From Psammoneis japonica (lineage: Eukaryota), in the NCBI GenBank assembly GCA_008632985.1, contig QPGO01000033.1:496001-560000 (forward strand): a stretch of DNA of 64,000 bases, read 5' to 3'. Below the pieces are notes generated by a model. That model saw nothing but the letters and a program-made list of their open reading frames with translations, was not told where the DNA came from and made no database searches. Position numbers and translations under genes: made by a program. This document shows, in pieces, positions 24,569 to 36,299 of this stretch. The first letter of the stretch is position 1. Each line of letters begins with the position of its first letter.

Positions 24569-25572
24569 CTACTGTTCCTTCGTTTTACCGTTGCTACTGT
24601 CACGTTTCGGCGCCTTAACAAAGTAGCGCTTGACAAAAAAGCTCAAAAACAAGAGAAGGTATGAAAAATACATGGCAAACGCCGCTGTCGTGTTTTCCAT
24701 CTTGGCCCAACAACCGTCGGTTCCTACAAGTCTAAAACTCATGACCGTGACAGCCACTCCGACCACCATTTGACTAATCTGAGCCACAGTGATGAGCATG
24801 GCATTCATCCACTTTGGCTTTTTCTTGACCGCCATGAGATAATAGTAGAAATACATGATGGAATGGACGGCATAATTCATCACGACAAAGAATAAACCAG
24901 AGGGTGCGCTTGTCACGTAGGAATGCCAGCAGTAAAGTAGAACCGTCACGTGATGATACCAATGAAGGAAAATTAACTTCTTCTTGTGAATCACGATGAA
25001 AAACGTATCAATGAGTTCGCTGAAATAAAAAATAGCAAAGAGAAAAATAGAAACAACGCTATGAGTGACGGTTTTGTTTGTTGAAATTCATATGTTCTCA
25101 AGCCTTGCAGTACTACTTACGGGATCTTACTGAGACAAAACAACTGTACCCAGAGTCCTGTCGGTCCAGATCCATAATGAGCTTCGGGATCAAAGCACAG
25201 ATTGTCCGTCAAGGAATAGCTAAACAAGTTATGCGCGAGTTGCGGAAAAGTACGCATAAATCCAATTCCAGAAAAGACAGCGAGACCGAGATTCCAATAC
25301 GCCATGGCTGTCCTCATGTTCAAGGGCTTGCGACTGCTAAAGTAGGCCCGACCCAACACAATCCATAATCCATACAGAGTCACTGCCAAGACGGGAATCC
25401 AGGGGTTCTCTCGCATGTAATCTCTGCTTGTTACCGGATCGAACTTCTTCTCAAAGCTCGTGTATGTTGTCCCCAAGGTGGGATACAAGCATGTAATGTC
25501 TTCGAACGAAACACCCGCAGCATTGGCATGAAGACATTCCAGCTCTGGATGGGAAGGATAAAACGAAGACAT
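24569..25572 (-). CDS. Second ELO/GNS1 elongase, convergent with the first; 2 exons
   Basis: GPTGLWVQLFCLSKIP|ELIDTFF..FLHWYHH, MNYAVHSIMYFYY; C-terminal KTKEQ. Confidence 0.92.
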
Positions 25573-26059
25573 GGCGCTGTAGCTAGCTAGCTAGAGTAAT
25601 GCCTTATTCAATCAGAAATGCGACTGCCGAAAGAGAACGCAAATGAACCGCGACGTTGAACGTGTTCGTGGGGCAAAGAAAATGGCATTGGCTGTCGTCG
25701 CGTCGTCGTCGTTTCCCGCTCTTTTTTCGGCAGGCCACGTACTTGTTATAATATATATTCAGTTTTTAATTATTTTATATATGTTATGTAAGTCTTGAGC
25801 CCTATTTATTTACCTAATTAGTTTTCAGTATAAAACATTATTAAGTCATTCTAAAATACATACAATTTTGATATTTCAATATACTCCTCAAGGCTGATTA
25901 TTCAACTGAAATACGTGTTTCTGTTGTAGGATCGTGCCAAAAATGCCGACACGAATGAGGGCACCGCCGGCAAGAAAATCTTCTGGAGGCTCAACAACAG
26001 CCACAACTTGTCGATTTAAGATCGGTTTAGTGATCTCTCTGTTGAGGAAATCGTCCTGT

Positions 26060-27861
26060 ATGTCTACAATGAGGAGTCTATTGGCACTGTTAGTTCTTGG
26101 CACTTTGCTCAACAACCAGGTAAAGGCGCAAACGGACGGAGGAGAGAGGTGCTACACGAACTTTACAGAGATTGGCTTGATTGAAGATTTTGCAGATGTT
26201 CAACAAGTGCGGGAGTATATCATCTGTCCCAATACAGAGATGGACATTTCTTTTACAGACAACCAAGGCAGCTTCTGGGAAACATGACGCCGCTCGCAGT
26301 CCGTGCCAACATGCATATCAAGTGCGGTAGGGACGGAAGGTCCACCAACAATTGCACGCTCAACGGAGGGAGCTTTGGTATTGTCGCGTTTCAGGAACTC
26401 TTTGGCTTTGAATTCTTATTCAATGTCTACTTTTCGGGATTGCGCTTTCGGAACTTTTTGGTGCACGGGTCTATATTGGTCCTGCCTGGAAATTTCACCT
26501 ATAACGATTGTATCTTTGAGGTGAGTAGCGTGTATGTGGTGGTGGTGGATATGGAAAAAGATATAGAAGTGTTCTTACAGTCTTGCCCTTTTGCTCTATG
26601 ATTTCGTTAGTACATGTCAAACATTGCCCCGAGTATCGCATCTTGGTTTCCTTCTCGGTTCTTTCCAGAGAGCAGAACAGCCACAAAGAGTCTCCCAGGA
26701 ATTGAAGCGCAAACAACAACAACAACAATGCCGCCTCTGAATGTACCCTGGAGAAGAGGCAGGTCGTTGCAACAGTTTAGTCCTGTCTATCGTGAACCCA
26801 GGCCGGACGATATTCTCGAAATTACCTACGAGAATTGCCTATTCCAGGTACGGAGTGCTGCATGTGGCGTGTATTACAATATCTACAGTGTTTACTTTAT
26901 GCTTTCTTTTGCTTACTGAGTTGCTTGTTTCTTTCTCTCTTTTTCTTTTCCAGCACAATTCCGTTGTAGATCTTGTCCGATTTGGCGGGACACCGACTGT
27001 CGTTGCAACCTATGGCGAAACAGTAACTATTATGAACAAATGCAGATTCTTCAACAACACCTATTCAGAGTCACTGACAGGAGCATATGTACGTAAGAAT
27101 CGCTTCGCCTTTCTCCGCGATATGCTCTACTGTGACCCTCAACTCCCCCTCACATCGTTTTCTTACCGTGTCCTTCTATCTTATTTTCTACACTAATATA
27201 AACAGGAAGCTTCAACACTTGTTACTCAGGAAAGCGGAAATATCACAATTCGTGACACTTGCTTTCGCGATAATGGTATCGCCTCGGCTGCGCCCGTTTT
27301 GGTACTTTTTGGTACTGGGGTTTCATCCGATACTCAAGTCACACCCGTTACTCGAATTGCAGTCTCATGGCCACATATTTGAACTTGGGACAGGATGACT
27401 CGCTAGCGGATGCTCCGTTTGATTCGTGTATCGAAACCGACAGTGATGAGACGTGCATGTTTATCGAAGGGGGTGGATTTCCCACAGCGTCACCCGTGCC
27501 AACCATGATGCCATCCGTGTCGTCGGCACCGAGCACGTCGTTGGCACCCACTGTGTTTGTGGCACCAACCACGTCTCCAAGTACGGAACCGTCCGATTCA
27601 CCTCCCTCGTCCGCGCCATCCATGATACCATCCGTGTCGGTTGCACCGAGTGTGTCGTTGGAACCAACCGTGATGGTCGTGACAACCGCGTCTCCGACTT
27701 TGGAACCGCCGCCGCCGTCCATGGCTCCTTCCGAAGCGCCTTCCGCAATGCCTATTGCTTCGGGCGAAGATCCTCCGAGCGCAGCGTGGCGTGCACCCGT
27801 GTTGATTCATTCCTTATCGGCGGTCTTTGTGGCAATCGTCGGCATGTTGTGTTTCGTCTGA
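26060..27861 (+). CDS. Secreted, probably GPI-anchored cell-surface protein with Ser/Pro/Thr stalk; multi-exon; apparent frameshift at ~26280
   Basis: Signal peptide; YIICPNT..PLAVRANMHIKCG.DG.S.NNC; PSxxPS repeats; hydrophobic C-terminus after PSAA. Confidence 0.75.
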
Positions 27862-27866
27862 TGTTA

Positions 27867-28790
27867 TTGAGCTGCATGTAGCGCAGTAAAGGGGCGGGGT
27901 TGATAATGGGGTGAACGACAACTACAGAAAAAAAGAAAGAGCAATGGGATACGAGAGGGCAAAAGAGAAGAAGTGTGAGAATACCTTTCTCACTGTACTG
28001 TACGACGTAAGACTAACGCACGGAAAACGAGCATAAAAAGTTTGGGAGTGCACATGCGGAAGTTTTAACATATGCGCCAGTCAAGTGTGAAAACGAATGA
28101 GAAGCAGAGCATTGGTTGATTTACGGGGAAAAAGATGGGCTTTGTGAAAGATTGCACAGGTGCTTGAAGGAATAGGTGATAAAGAAAATAAATGTTGATA
28201 TGCTTGCGAGTTCTGTCTCTCCACATAAAAGATAGCAAATTCTGTGATACTGTAGATAGTCGAATCCTTTCTTCTAGAACTTCTCTATCAGTTGCGGAGT
28301 AGTGCCTGCTCAAGCATTAATCTCTACTGTATAGCTGCTTTTCACAAAGACGTCAGTGTTGAGCTGCATGTAGGCGGGGTTGATAATGACAACTATAGAA
28401 AAAGGGAATTGACAAGAGGTACTAGAATGCCTTTCTCACTGTACGACGTAGGACTAACGCACGGAAAACGAGCATAAAAGTTGGGGAACGCACATTGGAA
28501 GTTTTACCAGATGCGCCAGTCAAGTACGAAAACGCATGAGTAGTAGAGCAGTGGTTGATTTATGGAAAAAGATGGGATTGCACAGGTGCTTGAAAGAATA
28601 GGTTGAAAAGGGAATAAATGTTTGTATGCTTGCGAGTTCCATCTCTCCACATATCGCACGCTTAGTCATTTACAAGTTTCAGATAGAAGATAGCAAGCTT
28701 GTGATACTGTAAATAATCGAATCTTCTCTTCGACAACTAATATATCGGTTGGGGAGCAATATCCCGTTCGAGCAACTCTCTACAGTATAC
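27867..28790 (+). repeat. Diverged non-coding tandem duplication, ~490-bp period
   Basis: ttgagctgcatgta..ggcggggttgataatg, gactaacgcacggaaaacgagcataaaa and atgcgccagtcaagt all recur about 490 or 430 bp apart. Confidence 0.92.
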
Positions 28791-28932
28791 CAGTAGGGCT
28801 CTAGCTAATTCTAGTAGCCACTGTCTGTGAAGAGAAAATTGAAGAGTAACTAGAGTCTAGAGATAAGGTATTCCAAGCTCTAGTAGAGAGAGAGCTAGAG
28901 CGGTAGTGAAACGACAGATACTTGCACGGAAT

Positions 28933-29458
28933 TTACAGTGGCGGGAGAAAGTGCTTGATCAATGCTGTTTCGAAAATGTCCTTTTCCTGCATTCGCATGC
29001 TTTTGAGCCTGTCATTGTGTAGTCTTTCTTGCTCCAGTCGCTTCCTTTTGGCTCTGGCTGACTGTGATTGCTTGGTCGCATGGCCCGTTTCATTCTGCAA
29101 TACACAATCTGTTCCCAGAAACGCGCGTATCTGAAGAAGGAGTAGCATCGTCTTCGAGTGCATAATGTTCGCGTTCTTCGTCGGTGATGCTCGTTTGGTT
29201 GTTTCCGGCAATGCCGTTGCCATCGGTTAAGTCTTTCTCGTCTACGACTTTGCACTTTTTAGAATCACCTCTGGTTTTCTCCACGGTCTTGTCGTTCCCG
29301 TCTGCCGGCTCGCACACGGTGCCAGCACACACCCCATCCACACCGAAAATCTCGTCGTTGCCACCGGTTAAGTCTCGTACATCGTACTCGCTTCCTTTGA
29401 TGCTCCCGGTAATCTCCTTGTTACAGGTCTTGTCGTGATCGTTCACCGCCTTCGCCAT
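28933..29458 (-). CDS. Hypothetical acidic protein, possibly two frames joined by a frameshift
   Basis: MAKAVNDHDK.. D/E-rich frame overlapping a ..RAKRKRLEQERL..FLPPL* frame; no homology recognised. Confidence 0.35.
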
Positions 29459-30329
29459 TGTAGGAGTTGTTTTTACAGGGTCACAGTGCTGCAAATGGAA
29501 AGGTGTATGGAAAGTGCATCATCACTCGCCACGTGAGAGAGCAGCTGGATGTGGCCCGCGGTGGGCCCATTATTTCGCGAAAAAAGCCTCTGAACACAAA
29601 GTTCCATCCGTCGTCGGACCCCATTGTTTGTCTACAGCACGCACCGCATGCCGTGCCAATGGCTTTATTCTTTTTTTCCTCGCAGGTAATAACTTGCCTT
29701 CACGCAAAAGGCCGCTCCTGATGAAGCAATGAGTTCCAACGATCCCAAGCACAAAGCCGAGGAGCGTGGCGACGAGGTGAAGCCCTCTGATGCGGCAGGC
29801 CTGGGATGACGAAGCAAATCTCTACAACATCTGCTTCTAGACAGAGAGAAAATTGACGTGTAGCTACAGTATATAGGGTTTAAAGAGTGCAGTCCAACCG
29901 CTAGAGAGTTAACTGGTGTGGTAATAGACTCTAACAGTAGAGATAGATATAGCGCTCGTCCAAGAATTGATGTCGATGTCAACCTTGACACACGACTCAA
30001 ACCCACACGGGAAACATCACGTAGAAATCTACAGCAGTTCAATACGAGCGATTTAATCAAATGTCAGAACAGAACATCGCTACGTAGGATAGTACCAGGT
30101 GTCACGTAACGGTTGCGGGACTCGCGAGACCAGAATTCTGCCACCTGCCAGAACACCCATGTGATTGCGGCCATCACCATTCTTGCGCAGTCATTGCGAT
30201 AGCTTGTTGAAGCCATCATCATCACATCAGCATCTGTGTTTGTTCTGGTCACTCTCTTCTTTGCACAGTGCAATGCAGGCAACAGCATCGAATCGAATCA
30301 AGTGCAGTCAAGGGCTGATTGTGACGACC

Positions 30330-31973
30330 ATGGCGACGACAACACGACGAGTTGTTCTTTCTCAGTCCTGTCGAGCTTTCTCAGAACGTCCGTTGCTTCT
30401 TGAGAAGAAGCCAGCGACTCGGAAATGGAAAGCACTTCCTCAGAAGCGAATAGCACTGTTGCAGCAACAGCCAAAGCCAGTAGCTCTTTTGCCATCTGAA
30501 TTGACTTATACGGGCGGCTCTGTGACGCCAATCACATCGAAACTTGAGATTTTTTACAAAGAGGTTCCTGACGGGACTTGGCCTGTGTTTAGACTCATGG
30601 TAAGTCTTTTATCTATTGCACTATGTTATAATTATGACTGAACGGAAGTATAAGTCGACTTATCATTGCCTATTGTTTTGATTGAACCATGCTAAACAGG
30701 ACGAGAGCGGCCATTTCCGAGATCCCGCTACGGACGGCTACACATCAAAGCCTACAAATGCTACTACAGATTCTGATTTTGTTCCACCAGGTATTGTAGA
30801 AACCGCAACTACAGACAACGATAACAACAGTCGTCACGATATAGACGCCTTACGCAAGAAACTCCAAGATCAATGTTCTCATTTCGGACACGAGTTGCAG
30901 GAGAACGCCTTGCTCTCGGAATGGCCCAAAGTTTTTGCAGACACGCAATCAAACAACCCCCTCTTGCGTGCTCACAAACACATGGTTCGACTTCGGCAAA
31001 TGGATACCATCTTTCAAAACGCTCAGCGCCAAGGCGTATTTCCTTTTACATGACTTGTCGTGGAGAAGAAGCCATTCACATGGGAGCCGCGTCGGCCTTG
31101 CAAGATCAAGATACGATTTTTGCGCAGTACCGTGAAGCGGGACTACTCATGTGGAGGGGATTTACTCTGGAGCAGTTTGCCAATCAGTGCTTTTCCAATG
31201 AAGGAGATTTGGGTCGAGGACGACAAATGCCGGTTCACTACGGATGTCGGGCTCTCAATTACCATACCGTCTCATCTCCGCTCGGGACTCAATTACCACA
31301 AGCGGTCGGTGCGGCCTATCGTCTCAAGCTATCCAATCCCGACGCTGTCGCGGTTTGCTTCTTTGGAGATGGGTGTGCCTCCACGACGGACTTTCATTCG
31401 GCTCTCAACTTTGCAGCCACCCTCAAGGTGCCTTGTGTCTTTGTTTGCCGCAACAACGGCTATGCCATTTCCACTTCCATCGAGGATCAATACGCCGGTG
31501 ATGGTATTGTGTCCCGTGCCTATGGGTACGGCATGGCGGGATTACGAGTTGATGGCAATGACTTGTTTGCCATGAGTGCCGCCATTCGAGAGGCACGGGC
31601 TTATTCTCTAGAGAACCAAGCTCCAATCTTGGTGGAGGCCATGACGTACCGACAAGGGCACCACAGTACCTCGGACGACTCGACTCGCTACAGGAGTGCC
31701 AAGGAAGTCAAGGACGTGGCCACCAAGGAAGATCCCGTGACTCGAATCCAACGATTTTTGGATTTGCATGGATGGATGACCAAGGAAGAAGCTGCTCAAG
31801 TGCGCGATGAAGAGAAAATGGCCGTCTTGCGCGCCATGGAACAAGCGGAGAAAAAGCCAAAGCCGGATAACAAGTATTTGTTTCAGGATGTCTATGATGA
31901 CTTGCCGCCACACTTGATACAACAACAGGAACAACTTCGTCAGCACGTTTCGAAATATCCCAATCGATACTAG
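30330..31973 (+). CDS. BCKDHA: Branched-chain 2-oxoacid dehydrogenase E1 alpha, mitochondrial; 1 intron; apparent 1-nt deletion at ~31034
   Basis: AQRQG(R)ISFYMT, GRQMPVHYG, SSPLGTQLPQAVG, TPP motif GDG..NN, YRQGHHSTSDDSTRYR. Confidence 0.95.
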
Positions 31974-32556
31974 TACTGTAGTAGGTTTGTGCGATGCATG
32001 CATGAGTGGACAGTGTTGCTCTCTCTAGCGGTTTGGATTTTGCTAGAAACAACATGTAGATGATACACTAGAACATAGTTTGTACAGAAGTGTTCTTACT
32101 AGAGAGAGTGCTTAGTCGAAACTGGTAGCTCACTACTAGTAGAGCTAGGTAGAACAGAGGCTACTCTAGCTAGTCTCTAGTAGAGAAAGGCAAATGGCAC
32201 GATACAGTACCGTTACTGTAGATAGGAGTACATGGGAGGGTCAGAAGCTTTCGAAATTTTCATTGAATATGCATATTCGAATATTGAATATAAATTGAAA
32301 TGCGAGTTTCTCCCTCCAACGTCCGTCTGACGTCCGCCGTTCACGCGCTTTTTCAAACAAAACTCACGAAACTGGAAAACGGCTCGCTCTCGGCAGATGA
32401 TACCGCCATGATGCAACCAAAAGGCGACGTTTACCGTTGTCTCACCTCTTTGCAAACCACTTGTCAACTCCCACCGTCAAACTTATCTAATCCTTTTGTC
32501 GTCATACAGAACTTAAAAGTGCGTCAGAGGAAGATAATTGAATACTAAAACTGAAC

Positions 32557-33429
32557 ATGAACAAGCACCACGACACTTCGAATAATCTCCGCATTTTGTG
32601 TTTGCACGGCAACCAGAGCAACAATGACATTACGAGATTCCAAACCATGGGGCTTGGGCTATCAAACTGTGACTATCTAAACGCACCCCATGAGAGCGCA
32701 GGCATTGCAGAGGGATTGAGTCACTTTTCAAGCGGCCCATTTTATACCTGGAGAGGTCCGAACCGGACAATCGAGGAATGGGAACGCAGCTTGGAGCATG
32801 TCGTTCGATATGTTGAGAAAAATGGCCCCTTTCATGGTGCGTATGGATTTTCTCAAGGTGCAACACTCATTACAGCCCTGTGTCGAGAAGAAACTTGGCG
32901 AGATGAATTTCAATTGAAGACATGCCCTTTTGAGTTTGCTATTTTAGCATGTGCCGGGGGAGAAATTCCGACACGAGGCGACGATAAAAAGTCCAGCATA
33001 AATGTACCATCGATTCATATATTGGGCCAAGACGACGACTGTCTTGAAGAAAGTATAGCTATAGAACAAGAATGGAACGAATCCTGTCGCAAGAGGTTTA
33101 TGAAAAAGGGAGGACACGAAATTCCCATGAGACTCCTCTACGACGAACCAGAGCTGCGGGAAATATTAAGGTCCTTTTTGAAGGATCAACAAGGGAGGAT
33201 ACAGAGTGGGACGGTGAATGGTAGCAATGGGGATCCGGCAGTTTCAGCGGCGGCAAAAAGTAGAAATGAAAAGTTTTCAGAGGACGATAAGGTGTCGTCG
33301 ACAAAAAGGGAAGCAGTAAACGGTAATAAGGATCCAAAAGTTTCGAGCAAGGAAAAAAGCAAAAATGGAACGTCTCCGCAGGACGAGAAGGTGCCTTGGG
33401 AGTGTGGCTCTAATTGTCTGATCATGTAG
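32557..33429 (+). CDS. FSH1/OVCA2-family serine hydrolase with C-terminal CaaX
   Basis: ILCLHG, GFSQGA nucleophile, SIHILGQDD, GGHEIP; ends CLIM*. Confidence 0.88.
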   Translation: MNKHHDTSNNLRILCLHGNQSNNDITRFQTMGLGLSNCDYLNAPHESAGIAEGLSHFSSGPFYTWRGPNRTIEEWERSLEHVVRYVEKNGPFHGAYGFSQGATLITALCREETWRDEFQLKTCPFEFAILACAGGEIPTRGDDKKSSINVPSIHILGQDDDCLEESIAIEQEWNESCRKRFMKKGGHEIPMRLLYDEPELREILRSFLKDQQGRIQSGTVNGSNGDPAVSAAAKSRNEKFSEDDKVSSTKREAVNGNKDPKVSSKEKSKNGTSPQDEKVPWECGSNCLIM

Positions 33430-33782
33430 CATGACGAAAAAAAGCTATAGATTCTAACTTTTTGAGAAAGAGAAACTAGATCAAGCCTTAATCTCTAGCT
33501 ATTACAGCACAATATTGCGTGATTCCATCCTTTGTTGTGCAGATCTAAATCAGACACCCACTCCTCTACGGTATTGCGAATCATTTTCGCGGTTCTTTCA
33601 TTTCGATTGCAGTCCCATCAACATCGCGACGCGATACGATTGCAATCCCATCACGGTCTGTCTGCAAGTCGGCATCGCGAAATCGAAAGTCGAAGCACCG
33701 AAAAAAGACGCGACAGACATTTCAGAGACGAAGTGTGTCTGCTCATGACAGCTTGTTACATGGCTAATAGAAGACAATAATC

Positions 33783-34808
33783 ATGATTACGAGGCTGCTA
33801 TTACTCCAGGGATACATCTTATGCTTGTTGGTGCGAAATTTCGCTCATGCATTTCCTTCACTGCTCGTAGAATCTGCATCTGGCTGCATGACTGAGTTTG
33901 CGCCCGATGAAGTGATCATGAACAATGGCGTTCTCGCTTACAAGGATTCGCCTCATCCCGATGTCAAGATTGTTGTACAGCAAAACGATGAGTGGAAGTC
34001 GGGTCCTATTATTGTTGATTCAGAGGACTTACCACTTGCCGTGACGATAAAACTGGAAGTCCCGTCCTCGCTCAAGGACGTTCAATATGCTGTGGAGAGC
34101 AACAATAAGGGCGGATTCTTCCCCAAACAGGGAGGATGCGAAGGCAAGAAACGAGCTGCATCCACTGTTCGCAATGATCCAGGCATTGAGCTGGTGGTAG
34201 AGTCCTTACCTGTACAATTGGTTGCGGCATGGGCGACCGGACACGAGGCTGTCAAGTTGACAGATACGATTGACTTTACCAGTCGTGCAGAGGTAAAGGC
34301 AAAAGACGACGAACCAGCATTGAGTGAGCACGATGTCGCATTGAAGATAGCAGAGCATCAACGAGTAGAGGCTGTGGAAGCAGCCAAGGTGAGTGCATTA
34401 GACAAGAAAGGAGAAGACAAGGTCGAGCCCAAAGTGATAATGACTGCTGATGGAGAGGAAGATCATCACCACTTTGATCTACCGCAGCATCACGATATAC
34501 CAGTTGTAGACGACAAACATATGCTCAATATCCCTAAGGGCGACCTACACATTCCGCCACCACGTAATCACCGTCCCAAAAAGGTGCTCAAGAGACCGCA
34601 TGACCAAACGTCGAGCGAAGCACGATTTGGCGACAAGAAGAAAAAGCACGTACTGCACGGATACCATTTGGATGAATACGCACCAAATGTCGACTTTATG
34701 CGATATGCCTATGGAGGAATATTTCTTGTGGGAGCCATGTTGGCATTGTTGTTGGGACTCGAATCTCTGAGTGGAAGCAAAAAGTCAAAGGGGCGGCGGG
34801 ATCTGTGA
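33783..34808 (+). CDS. Hypothetical type I membrane protein (signal peptide, Cys-containing lumenal domain, His-rich linker, C-terminal TM)
   Basis: 341-aa ORF with hydrophobic N-terminus and TM YAYGGIFLVGAMLALLLGL. Confidence 0.75.
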   Translation: MITRLLLLQGYILCLLVRNFAHAFPSLLVESASGCMTEFAPDEVIMNNGVLAYKDSPHPDVKIVVQQNDEWKSGPIIVDSEDLPLAVTIKLEVPSSLKDVQYAVESNNKGGFFPKQGGCEGKKRAASTVRNDPGIELVVESLPVQLVAAWATGHEAVKLTDTIDFTSRAEVKAKDDEPALSEHDVALKIAEHQRVEAVEAAKVSALDKKGEDKVEPKVIMTADGEEDHHHFDLPQHHDIPVVDDKHMLNIPKGDLHIPPPRNHRPKKVLKRPHDQTSSEARFGDKKKKHVLHGYHLDEYAPNVDFMRYAYGGIFLVGAMLALLLGLESLSGSKKSKGRRDL

Positions 34809-35075
34809 AAGAGTCGTATTGCATTGTAACAGAAGATCAGCGGTAATCATAGACACAATCGGGCGAAGCCTTGTTTGAATAGAGTAGGGGACACGGTGTG
34901 TATAATAAGGCTAGACCCGTAAGAAGCACCACGGTCAATCGTCATGATGAGTTGACACTTTGAAAAATGAAACTGGTCTCCATGACAGCGAGGAGTGTCT
35001 GTTGCATCATAACTCGATTCTCGAGTAAGAGAATCAGTTATTTGGGACCCACTTATTCATTTGTGTGTGAAACAT

Positions 35076-35595
35076 CATGGTGAATAGAGGGCCACTGATA
35101 ATCATGCATTTGAAAAATTACCCTGTCCTGTGGGTCGGGATGAATTCTTGAATCAACAAGTTTCGCTCTTGCTGCTTGGTGTCAATCCGACAGTTTGCCC
35201 CCCTTGCCTGAGGCCAATGCCTGCATTCACAAGAATTTGATCTGTGAGAGTGTTGAGTTTTTCTGTTCCTCCCTCCAATTGAGGAAAGCTCAGGTGGGAG
35301 GGGATGTCATGTGGGCAGGCAGATGACAGAATGATTTCTTTGTGCTGCAGCTCTTCTGCTTGATCTTTTTAATTTGTGGGCAAATTCACAGAGCGAGCTC
35401 AAGAAAGAGGGGAGTTCTCTTTGAGTGGGCTTCTTCTTGCCAAATGATCAAAGCTCTTGCAGAGAAGAGATTTTGACTCTAGAGCACTTTCCTTCAGGTT
35501 GACAAAAGTGGCACAGTTTGAGGCAGCACCACACCAGTTGTCTCCTAGATTGCATCTCTTTTCATGACCCACTCTCACTTGGCACAGTCATCTCA
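35076..35595 (-). pseudogene. Decayed coding segment paralogous to 38271-38745
   Basis: Translations align: LNTLTDQILVNAGIGLRQG vs INTVTGQILVNVGVGLKQG; both contain GPLFTM. Confidence 0.6.
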
Positions 35596-36299
35596 TGTAA
35601 ATTTGAGGTTTTGCATTTTAAAGCCACTCAAGCACCACACCAACTGTTGAGATTGGAGCATCTCTGCCGGCCAGTTGGATTGTTCAAGATGGAAGCAACA
35701 CAAAAGGTCATGGCCCACCTGAAGAGCCAATGCAGTTGGGGTTAGATTGACTTGTGCCACCACCACACCGTTGCTTTGTTGCATTTTGGTTTGTTTTCCT
35801 GCCACAGCACAATGCCAAACATGTCAGGTTTGGCAAGCCAGAAGCAACAAAAAAGTTCCCACACTGTCTTTGCATTTTTGCCTTCTTGCTTTTGCATGTG
35901 GCTTTGCCTTCCCAATTTTGACAGGCTGTGTTGGGCAATTGATTGAGTTGTCAGTGCAACCTGCATGGGCATGTGGGGTGCACAGCCCCAACAAAAATGC
36001 TTGGCTGGACAAGTTGACATTCTTGGCTTGGCTCCTGTTCCCAGACAAATGCACTGCTTGAGAAACTCAAATTTTTTGAGCAACCTGACTCTGTGTGCTT
36101 GTGTGTGTCATGAGTCAATTGAAAGTCCCCAGCAGCAGCAGTCTGGGTGCACTTGAACTTCTTGTTTGACCAATGCCTCTGGGCCTGGCTCTGTGCAAAA
36201 ATCCTGCAATCTCTTCACAGCCTCATTTTGTTTGTTTGTTCTCAGACAAGTTGAGGACATCCTGCAATGGCTGACATACAACAATTTTGTCAAGTGCCT

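Noticed and set aside
25741..25885. Very AT-rich patch (also ~47270-47340 and ~61800-61940) as a diatom-type centromere
   Set aside because: Only 70-150 bp long and located just upstream of genes; more simply promoter or nucleosome-depleted DNA.
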